A DNA stretch of 64,000 nt from Rhodothermales bacterium (GTDB lineage Bacteria > Bacteroidota > Rhodothermia > Rhodothermales > VXPQ01): positions 22,567 to 86,566 of the forward strand of contig JBBDTI010000067.1 in NCBI GenBank assembly GCA_040904565.1. The letters are read 5' to 3'. Under the pieces are notes generated by a model. That model searched no databases. It worked only from the letters and a program-made list of their open reading frames with translations, and was not told where the DNA came from. The stretch's first letter is position 1. Every line of letters starts with the position of its first letter. This document shows, piece by piece, positions 56,397-64,000 of this stretch. A program made the translations under genes and the position numbers.

Positions 56397-56879
56397 ATGA
56401 CATGTTACCGACCCTTCACCGAAAAAGTCGCTAGTACGGCGGCCATTCTCGCGTGTGTTGCGCTATTGGCGGCATGCGGTACCGGACAGGATGCTGAGGA
56501 CACACAGGCTCCTCAGGAGACAACGTCCTCCGCGGATCCCATCGAACGAGGGGAACAGAGTTTCATGGCCTACTGCGCCAGCTGCCACGGAAGCGACGGA
56601 ACGGGCACCGGGCCGGTGGCGGAAGTCATGACGACGGTTCCGGCTGATCTGACACAGCTTCGCGCCCGGTACGGTGGTACGTTTCCGGCCGACAGCGTGT
56701 ATGCCTATATAGATGGCAGACAGGATGTCCAGGCGCATGGGACCAGAGAAATGCCGGTCTGGGGCAATGTTTGGAGCGAGGCGGACGGCGAGCCGGTCGA
56801 TCGGGAAGAAGTTGACCTTCGAATCAGGGAACTCGTGGAGTACATTCGTACGCTTCAGGAAGACCCCGACGCGTCGTAG
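56397..56879 (+). CDS. Class I c-type cytochrome lipoprotein (monoheme)
   Basis: Lipobox LLAAC. Single CASCHG heme motif and a distal Met candidate (REMPVWG). ATG 56397 preferred over track start 55902. Confidence 0.85.
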   Translation: MTCYRPFTEKVASTAAILACVALLAACGTGQDAEDTQAPQETTSSADPIERGEQSFMAYCASCHGSDGTGTGPVAEVMTTVPADLTQLRARYGGTFPADSVYAYIDGRQDVQAHGTREMPVWGNVWSEADGEPVDREEVDLRIRELVEYIRTLQEDPDAS

Positions 56880-56918
56880 CGGCGTCATCGCACGCAATCC
56901 GCCCTACCCAACCGGCGC

Positions 56919-58640
56919 ATGAACCGGCGAGATTTTGTTGCACATCTCGGATACGCGGCGGGGAGTGCCGTTGCCTGGCAGGCTCCCGGCCCGGTTCAAT
57001 CCCTCCTGTCGGACGGCGGCAGCGGCGGATCCGTCTTCGAACGCCGCGCCGACGTCGTCGTCATCGGTGCAGGCGTCGGAGGGGTGGCGGCTGCACTTGC
57101 GGCCGTCCGAACGGGGTCCCGCGTGATTCTGACCGAGGAAACGAATTGGATTGGTGGGCAACTGACCCAGCAGGCCGTTCCCCCGGATGAACATCCGTGG
57201 ATCGAACAGTTCGGCGCATCGGCTTCCTACATGGCGTTTCGCCGAAGGGTGCGCGCGTACTACGAGCAGGCCTACCCGCTATCGAGCGCGTCCTCGGCTC
57301 CGCTCAATCCCGGGAATTGCGGGGTGTCCCGGATCTGCCACGAGCCCCGTGCGGCGCTGGCCGTACTGGAATCGATGCTTGCTCCCTACGTCAGCAGCGG
57401 TCGGTTGCTCGTCCTGCTCGAACACGTGCCGATCCAGGCTTCCGTTTCTGGGGACTTCGTAGAATCGGTACGCGTTCTCAATCGGCGTAGCGGCGAGGAA
57501 GTGGAGGTTGTCGCCCCAACCTTCATCGACGCGACAGAGCTCGGCGACCTGCTGCCCCTCACGGGCACCGAGTACGTTACGGGTACCGAGTCCGTCGCCC
57601 AGACCGGGGAGCCGCACGCCGCCGACGAGCCGCAACCGCACAACATGCAGGCGGCGACCTGGTGCTTCGCGATGGATTTCGTCCAGGGCGAGGATCATAC
57701 GATTGAGGAACCGGACGAATACCGTTTCTGGCGGGAGTACGTGCCGAATCTTACCCCACCGTGGCCCGGACGCCTGCTGAACTTTACGTACTCGAATCCG
57801 ATGACGCTCGAGCCGCGGACGCTTCCGTTCGACCCCCGAACGGATGCCGACCAGCCGGGATGGTGGAGCTATCGGCGTCTGATCGACCCGTCGAATTTCG
57901 TTCCGGGGACGTTCGACGGAGGTATCACGCTCGTCAACTGGCCGCAAAACGACTATTTGCTCGGTAACTTTTTGGAGGTGGATGACGCCGAGCGCGAGCG
58001 ACATCTCGATCGGGCCAGACAGCTGAGCCTTTCGCTCTTCTACTGGCTCCAGACGGAGGCCCCAAGGCCGGATGGGGGTGCGGGGTGGCCCGGACTTCGG
58101 CTGCGCGGTGATCTAACGGGCACGACGCACGGACTCGCCAAGCGACCCTACATTCGGGAAGCGCGCCGGATTCGGGCGGAGTTTACGGTCCTCGAACAAC
58201 ATGTCGGACTGGAGGCACGCATGGAGGAAACCGGTCTCGATGAAGGAGAAGTGACCGCTGCCTCTTTTCATGATTCGGTAGGCGTCGGGAGCTACCGCAT
58301 CGATCTGCACCCTTCTACCGGCGGCGACAACTATATCGACATCGGGTCTCTCCCGTTCGAAATACCGCTCGGCGCGCTGATTCCCCAACGCATGGAAAAC
58401 GTGCTGCCGGCATGTAAGAACATTGGAACGACCCACATCACAAATGGCTGTTACCGCCTCCATCCGGTGGAATGGAATATTGGGGAGGCGGCGGGCGCGC
58501 TCGCCGCGTTCTGCGATGTACGAGGCGTCGTCCCACGGCAGGTTCGGGGCGATGACGACACTCTCGCTGATTTCCAGCGCTCGCTCCAGCGTCAAGGTGT
58601 GGAGATTCGCTGGCCCGATCCGGCCCGCATGGCCCGATAG
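56919..58640 (+). CDS. Tat-signal FAD-dependent oxidoreductase (FAD_oxidored-like)
   Basis: Twin-arginine motif MNRRDFVAHLG...; DVVVIGAGVGGVAAALAA..G..V.L.EE.NWIGGQ.T. Confidence 0.84.
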   Translation: MNRRDFVAHLGYAAGSAVAWQAPGPVQSLLSDGGSGGSVFERRADVVVIGAGVGGVAAALAAVRTGSRVILTEETNWIGGQLTQQAVPPDEHPWIEQFGASASYMAFRRRVRAYYEQAYPLSSASSAPLNPGNCGVSRICHEPRAALAVLESMLAPYVSSGRLLVLLEHVPIQASVSGDFVESVRVLNRRSGEEVEVVAPTFIDATELGDLLPLTGTEYVTGTESVAQTGEPHAADEPQPHNMQAATWCFAMDFVQGEDHTIEEPDEYRFWREYVPNLTPPWPGRLLNFTYSNPMTLEPRTLPFDPRTDADQPGWWSYRRLIDPSNFVPGTFDGGITLVNWPQNDYLLGNFLEVDDAERERHLDRARQLSLSLFYWLQTEAPRPDGGAGWPGLRLRGDLTGTTHGLAKRPYIREARRIRAEFTVLEQHVGLEARMEETGLDEGEVTAASFHDSVGVGSYRIDLHPSTGGDNYIDIGSLPFEIPLGALIPQRMENVLPACKNIGTTHITNGCYRLHPVEWNIGEAAGALAAFCDVRGVVPRQVRGDDDTLADFQRSLQRQGVEIRWPDPARMAR

Positions 58641-58700
58641 TCGGACGATAGCGCTGACGAGCAACTTCCGTTTATTTCCCGTAGCTACGCCATATAGACG

Positions 58701-59048
58701 ATGCCCATTCTAAAGGAATTTCAGGAATTCGCGGTCAAGGGCAACGCGCTCGATATGGCCGTGGGCATTATCATCGGCGTCGCGTTCAACGGCGTCGTCA
58801 GTTCGCTCGTGAACGATATCATCATGCCGCCTGTCGGCCTGCTGCTCGGAGGCGTCGAGTTCTCGGACCTGCAGATCGTACTGAAGGAAGGGATGTTGTC
58901 GCCCGAGGGGGTCATGATTGGTGAGGTCGCCATCCGGTACGGCGCCTTCGTCAACGCGATCATCGAGTTTCTTATCATCGGATTTTCGGCGTTCATCGCC
59001 GTCAAGGCGATGAATCGCATCATTCGCCGGCGCGAAAAAACTGAATAG
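58701..59048 (+). CDS. mscL: Large-conductance mechanosensitive channel
   Basis: 115 aa. EFQEFAVKGNALDMAVGIIIGVAFNGVVSSLVNDIIMPP is the canonical MscL N-terminus. Confidence 0.95.
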   Translation: MPILKEFQEFAVKGNALDMAVGIIIGVAFNGVVSSLVNDIIMPPVGLLLGGVEFSDLQIVLKEGMLSPEGVMIGEVAIRYGAFVNAIIEFLIIGFSAFIAVKAMNRIIRRREKTE

Positions 59049-59121
59049 ACCGGTTTGGCAGGCGAACGGGACGGTGTCCGTATCGCGGCGGACGTCCGAC
59101 GGAAGGACGAGCCGAATCGTT

Positions 59122-60540
59122 CTACTGTCGCGCGGACGCGTCGAATGACGCCATCGCGGAGCGAAGGCGATCGACCACGTCCGGATGCAGGTCGGCACGG
59201 TTGTACATCTCCTCCGGATCTTCGTCCAGGTGGAAGAGCTGCGGCGGACCGTCTCCGCCGGCCATGCGAAGCTTCCAGTGCCCGTCGCGCACGGCCTCTA
59301 TCCGGTCTCCGGCGTAATAAAAGAACTGCGTACGCGGTGACGATGCCGTCTCGCCGAGGAAGAACGGCAGCACGTCGTGCCCGTCCAGTTCCAATCCACC
59401 CGGCACGGCCGCGCCGGCGGCGTGGAGGAGCGTGGGAAATAGATCCAGCGCCGTTACGAGCTCGGCGGACGCGCGGCCGGCGGGGATGTGGCCCGGCCAG
59501 CGCGCGATGAACGGCACGCGAAAGCCGCCTTCAAAGGTCGTCGTCTTATAGCCCCGCAGGTGCCCGGCCGAGCCGTTGTCCCACGGATTCACGGGCTCGT
59601 GATGCGGCATCATCTCCGTTGAGAACATCCGGTCCGGCATCTCCTGCCACGGACCGTTGTCGCTCATGAAGAGCACCAGTGTATTGTCGTCGAGTCCTTC
59701 CTCCTCGAGCGTCTTCAGGATCTCACCGACGCTCCAGTCGATCGTCTCGATCACGTCCCCGTATTTGCCGGCGCGGGACATCCCGGCGCGATGCGGTGCC
59801 GGGTAGACCGGTACGTGGGGCATCCCGTAGGCCAGGTATAGAAAGAACGGCTCCGACTGCGCGTCGCGGATGAATCGAACGGCTTCCTTCGTATAGGTGA
59901 CCGTCAACGTATCCTGGTTCAGCTCCTGCTCGATAGGCTCGAGGTTGCGGTGGATATAGAGCGGCACGTCCGTCTGCACCCACGGCCGAATCATGTCGTT
60001 GCTGTAGAGCAGGCCGTAATAATCGTCGAATCCACGCGAGGAAGGCATCATCTCGTCCCGTGCGTGGCCGAGGTGCCACTTGCCGATCATCGCGGTCCGG
60101 TAGCCGGCCTCCTGAAGCGGCTCGCCCACGAGCGTCTCATTCAGCGGCAGGCTGTTGGTCGACTCCGGCCCGAGGTTGTTCGGCAGATGGCGAATGGGAT
60201 AGCGTCCCGTCAGGAGCCCGGCGCGCGAAGGCGTGCAGACGGAGGCGGCCACGTAGAAGGATGTCAGTCGGAGCCCTTCGTCGGCCATGCGGTCGAGTTG
60301 AGGCGTCTGGATGGTCGGATGGCCGTAGCTCGACAGGTCACCGTATCCCATGTCGTCCGTGAAAAGGACGATGATGTTGGGACGGTCGTCCGCTGTCTGC
60401 GCTAAGGCCGGAGCCGCCGGCAACACGGCGGCGAGGAGGGCGGCGCCCAGCGCGACCAGGAAAGCGACCGGGTTGACACGGGTATCGGGGAGAAATATTA
60501 CCCGCGTGGAGGCAGGACCTGAAGAGCGAGGAGCAAGCAT
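59122..60540 (-). CDS. Sulfatase (S1 family arylsulfatase)
   Basis: Signal peptide. FTDDMGYGDL, CTPSRAGLLTGRYP, SDNGPW. ATG 60540 preferred; the track start at 60726 would overlap the upstream gene. Confidence 0.9.
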   Translation of the reverse strand: MLAPRSSGPASTRVIFLPDTRVNPVAFLVALGAALLAAVLPAAPALAQTADDRPNIIVLFTDDMGYGDLSSYGHPTIQTPQLDRMADEGLRLTSFYVAASVCTPSRAGLLTGRYPIRHLPNNLGPESTNSLPLNETLVGEPLQEAGYRTAMIGKWHLGHARDEMMPSSRGFDDYYGLLYSNDMIRPWVQTDVPLYIHRNLEPIEQELNQDTLTVTYTKEAVRFIRDAQSEPFFLYLAYGMPHVPVYPAPHRAGMSRAGKYGDVIETIDWSVGEILKTLEEEGLDDNTLVLFMSDNGPWQEMPDRMFSTEMMPHHEPVNPWDNGSAGHLRGYKTTTFEGGFRVPFIARWPGHIPAGRASAELVTALDLFPTLLHAAGAAVPGGLELDGHDVLPFFLGETASSPRTQFFYYAGDRIEAVRDGHWKLRMAGGDGPPQLFHLDEDPEEMYNRADLHPDVVDRLRSAMASFDASARQ

Positions 60541-60622
60541 AGACGCTGAGAACGTAGTATGGGAAATATGAGGATGCGTGGAGCGGATCCACTCTTGTGC
60601 TACTATCCAATCTACTCGTCGG

Positions 60623-61987
60623 TTATCGGACTGTCCACTGCGGGTCCGGGACGTGTGCCGCTTCCATGATATGCAATACGTCCCGTACGACGGCGGGACG
60701 GTCGTCGGCAAGGTTCTTCGTTTCACCGATATCGACGGCGAGGTCGTACAGCTCGATGGGACCGTCGAAGGCCGGGCGCCGAACCGCCTTCCAGTCTTTC
60801 ATGCGCACGGCCTGGGCCGAACCGCGTTCGTAGAATTCCCAGTATAGATAATCGTGCTCGGCCTGTGCATCCTCACGTCCCGTCAGGAGGGGAGCCATGC
60901 TTACGCCGTCGTGGGAGAAGCTGACCTCCGTGCCGGCGAGGTCGGCGCTCGTCACGAGCAGGTCGGCGAAGTATCCGACGTGATCGGTCACGGCGCCGGA
61001 CGGGACCGTACCGGGTCCCCAGGCGATCGTCGGCACGCGAATCCCCCCCTCGTAGAGATCGCGCTTGACCCCACGGAGGGGCCCGTTTCCGTCGAAGAAA
61101 GTCGGGTCATAGCCGCCGGCCTCGTGTGGACCGTTGTCGCTCGTGAACAGCACGATCGTGTTCTCGGCGATGCCGTGGCGTTCCAGGCGGTCGAGGATGC
61201 GTCCGACATCGTGGTCCAGGTGAGACACCATGCCGGCGTAGGCCGCGAGCGGAGTGGGTTGCGCGCCGTAGTGGCCGCCCGGGAACGGCGTCTCCGGAAA
61301 GATCGATTCGCCCGCTTCGTTCCGGTAGGGTGCGATCGAGCTGTCGGGGACGGCCAGCTCGGCGTGGGGGATCGTGAAAGGGGCATAGAGAAAGAAGGGA
61401 CGATCTTGATGCTCGTCGATAAACTGCAGGGCCGCCTCGGCGATAATGTCCTGCGAATAGCGGGTCGAATCGACGGGGAGACGCTGCATGGTGCCGTCCT
61501 CGATCGTCCAGAGGTGATCGACGTAGTAATAATGCGCGTGCACCTGATCGAGGTAGCCGACGAAGGCGTTGAAACCCTGCCGGGAAGGAGCCCCCGTCGT
61601 TCCTTCGACGCCCAGGCCCCACTTGCCGAACATGCCCGTGGCGTACCCGGCGTCGCGGAGAATCTCGGCGATGGTCACGTCCTCCGGACGCAAAGGCACA
61701 CCGGCGCCGTTATTTGCATTGCCGCGGACGAGCGTATGCCCCGTGTGAAGGCCGGTCATGAGGACGGAGCGAGACGGGGCGCAGACCGTGCTGCCCGAAT
61801 AGAACTGGGTGAACCGAAATCCCTCAGCGGCCATGCGGTCGAGATTTGGCGTTCGGATGTGCTCCTGACCGTAGACGCCAAGGTCTCCGTATCCGAGGTC
61901 GTCGGCGACGACGAGCACGATGTTGGGCGGCCGGTTCTCCTCCGTCGTCGTGCAGGCGGCCGGCAGCAGGGCCGCAGAGAGGAGCAT
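60623..61987 (-). CDS. Sulfatase (S1 family), close paralog of the 24846-26249 gene
   Basis: Lipobox [38 protein letters not shown]. Long stretches are nearly identical in protein sequence to the 24846-26249 product. Confidence 0.9.
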   Translation of the reverse strand: [454 protein letters not shown]

Positions 61988-62077
61988 AAGGAGCCGAGTG
62001 ATGGGCGCCCCCCGAAGGCGCGCGGGCAGGGGATTGTCATCGCCATGGACTCATGGATGGAGAGATCCGAAGCACGG

Positions 62078-63730
62078 CTACTTGACGCGGTCCGCCCAGG
62101 CGTCGTAGCGTGCCGCCATCTCCGCCACCTTTTTGGGATGCGCGTCGGACAGATCGTTCGTCTCGGTGCGGTCGGCTACCATGTCGTAGAGCTGCCAGTC
62201 CGTGCCGTCGCCCCGAGCGTCGACGAGCTTCCAGCGATCCGTGCGCACGGCTTTGCCGTCATCCCATTCAAAGAAGAGCGCTTCGTGGCCGTCGCGCGTA
62301 CGCCCTTCGAGCACCGGGAGGAGACTCTTGCCTTCGAGGGGATGAATGCGTTCGTCCCGGTACGTCGCGGGATACTCGGCCTCCCCTACGTCTATCGCCG
62401 TCGCCATGACGTCGATAATGTGCGAAACGTCATGCGTAATTCCTCCCGGAGCGATCCGGCTCGGCCAGTAGGCGATCAGCGGCGTCGCGATTCCGCCCTC
62501 GTGGCTCCAGTTCTTGTAATAGTTAAACGGCGTATTGCTCAGGTTGGCCCAGGGCGCATCGACGCTGTGCCAGGCACTCATGGGGCCCGGCGGATCGACG
62601 GGTGGATGCTCGCGGTTTTGCTGATTGTGCACCATCTCGCCCGAACCGCCGTTGTCGGACAGAAAGAGCACCAGGGTATTGTCCTCGTCGCCCATATCCT
62701 GGATCGCCTCCATGAGTCGTCCGATCTGCTGGTCGACGCGGTCTATCATCGCGGCGTATACCGCCATCTTGAGATCCCAGTCCTCCTTTCGCTCGACCTC
62801 GTCCCACGGCAGGATCCGTCCGTCGTCGCTCCAGTACCGGCTCGTGAATCTGGACGTCCGCCGCTGGTGCTCCCGGATCCGTCCGCGATCGGAGAGCTTC
62901 CACTCGGCATCGATCAGTCCCATCTCGATCTGTCGTTCATAGCGGCGGAGCCGGAGCTCGTCCCATCCAGCCATGTATGAACCACGGTACTTCTCGATGT
63001 CTTCGGGCCAGGCCTGGAGGGGATCGTGCGGCGCCGTGTAGGAGAGATAAAGGAAATAGGGACGCTCCTCGTCGGCATACGTCTCCAGGAAGTCGATGGC
63101 GTAGTCGGTGTAGACATCCGTCGAATAAAAATCCGGATCGCTGGGCGTGTAGGGCACGTGGACCTCCCCGTCGATGGCCCACTTGCGCAGGTGGCCGGGC
63201 GTCTTTCGGGCCGGGGGAGGCTCGCCGGGTCGCTGGAGACCCGGGTTGAAATGATTTACGGCTCCGTCGACGAGTCCGAAGTACCGATCGAAGCCGCGGT
63301 CGAAAGGATTCTCCACGCCGTGCCATTTACCCGTCATGAGGGTCCGGTACCCCGCCTCTCTCAGCACCTCGGCGATGGTCACGCCGTTGCGAATGGTCCC
63401 CGGACGCTCGTCCATCGCCACCTGGTGGGCGTACAGACCGGTCATCAGCGAGGCCCGGGTCGGGAAGCACTTGCTCGTGTTATAGAACTGCGTGAAGCGC
63501 AGGCCCTCTTCGGCAAGTCGATCCAGATTCGGTGTGTCGATCTCCCCGCCGTAGGAGCCGATGTCGGAGAATCCCATGTCGTCCACCATGATGAGGACGA
63601 TGTTGGGGCGTTCGTCGGCCGGTTGGGCCGAGGCGCCCGTGACGACGGTGGATAGGCACGCGACGAGCAGTCCGGCGAGGAGTAGGGAGAGGCGGTGCGG
63701 CGGCATAGACGCGGTCGAGAGGTGTACCAT
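62078..63730 (-). CDS. Sulfatase (S1 family arylsulfatase)
   Basis: Signal peptide. [30 protein letters not shown]. Confidence 0.9.
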   Translation of the reverse strand: [550 protein letters not shown]

Positions 63731-63799
63731 CCGGCAGTGAAGAGAAAGTGTTATTGATTGCAGGCGGAGAAACGGTAGCGTATGTGCGAATTGGCGCCC

Positions 63800-64000
63800 T
63801 TAGTACGGATTCCGGAAGCGCTCCATCTCGGGCTCGTCGCGCACCTCGTCGATCGCCGCTTCGAGGCGGCGGACCACGTCCGGGTAGCGGGTCGACACGT
63901 CGTGGTATTCACCCACGTCGCGACGCAGATCGTAGAGCTCGATCCAGTGCCGGTCGGGCGTCCACGTCCGGAGCAGCTTCCAGTCTCCCTGGCGGACGGC
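63800..64000 (-). CDS. Sulfatase C-terminal end (partial, gene continues beyond window end)
   Basis: Minus-strand frame is open from the window edge to TAA (complement of 63800-63802): ..VRQGDWKLLRTWTPDRHWIELYDLRRDVGEYHDVSTRYPDVVRRLEAAIDEV.. This matches the typical sulfatase C-terminal pattern (WKL...ELYDL..D.GE..). Confidence 0.7.
   Translation of the reverse strand, partial: AVRQGDWKLLRTWTPDRHWIELYDLRRDVGEYHDVSTRYPDVVRRLEAAIDEVRDEPEMERFRNPY

Noticed and set aside
60854-62980. 708-aa plus-strand ORF spanning the sulfatase island
   Set aside because: It lies entirely antisense to two well-supported sulfatase genes. The sequence is Arg/Gly/Val/Asp-rich with no recognisable motifs. This is a typical high-GC shadow ORF.
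1-64000. Whole-window scan for CRISPR arrays, tRNA/rRNA genes, transposases, integrases, phage genes, toxin-antitoxin pairs or known defence-system genes
   Set aside because: None was recognisable by eye. There are no regularly spaced 25-40-nt repeats, no cloverleaf-like conserved tRNA ends, and no ORF with a DDE, tyrosine-recombinase or reverse-transcriptase motif. hrpB is a housekeeping-type DEAH helicase with no defence-like partners.

Overview
This is 64 kb of gene-dense, high-GC (roughly 60-65% by eye) bacterial chromosome. I found no rRNA, tRNA, CRISPR array, transposase or integrase. One beta-propeller protein ends in a T9SS type-A C-terminal sorting domain, many proteins carry lipoprotein signal peptides, and there are six Cys-type sulfatases. 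Together these suggest a Bacteroidota/Rhodothermota-like organism (inference). Layout: (i) 0-8 kb is housekeeping: purL, trxA, trxB, a BON lipoprotein, proline dehydrogenase, a Cys/Met PLP enzyme and pdxH. (ii) 8-17 kb is mixed accessory: an EEP lipoprotein plus an atypical receiver protein, a stand-alone GH94/NdvB-like N-terminal fragment, a heptaheme cytochrome c-TPR lipoprotein, class I xylose isomerase, a MazG-like protein and a PAS histidine kinase. (iii) 17-33 kb is a long same-strand sulfated-glycan block: an enolase-superfamily enzyme, an epimerase, a DHDPS-like aldolase, an Nramp-like transporter, an exported Gfo/Idh/MocA protein, two sulfatases, a GH20-like enzyme and a GH2 enzyme. 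A convergent T9SS propeller protein follows it. (iv) 33-47 kb holds a ferritin-like protein, an AlkP-family protein, hrpB, SWIM plus M28 peptidase genes, DUF2461, plsC and an APC-EIIA-TrkA_C fusion transporter. It also holds two apparently inactivated hydrolase genes: CocE/NonD with an in-frame TAA, and dienelactone hydrolase with a poly-G frameshift. (v) 47.6-52.3 kb is a translationally coupled four-gene operon: a polytopic membrane protein, a Cys-less AsnB-type PP-loop enzyme, a radical SAM enzyme and a flavin halogenase-like enzyme. I could not assign it to a known pathway, and it is my best candidate for an undescribed biosynthetic or modification system. (vi) 52-59 kb holds corA, a YdjM-like hydrolase, a LytS-type kinase, cytochrome c, a Tat-signal FAD oxidoreductase and mscL. 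(vii) 59-64 kb is a second island of four sulfatase genes. Several intergenic regions carry short phased direct repeats. Many long ORFs in the track are antisense or alternate-frame shadows typical of high-GC DNA. All family calls come from reading motifs by eye; no database search was run.
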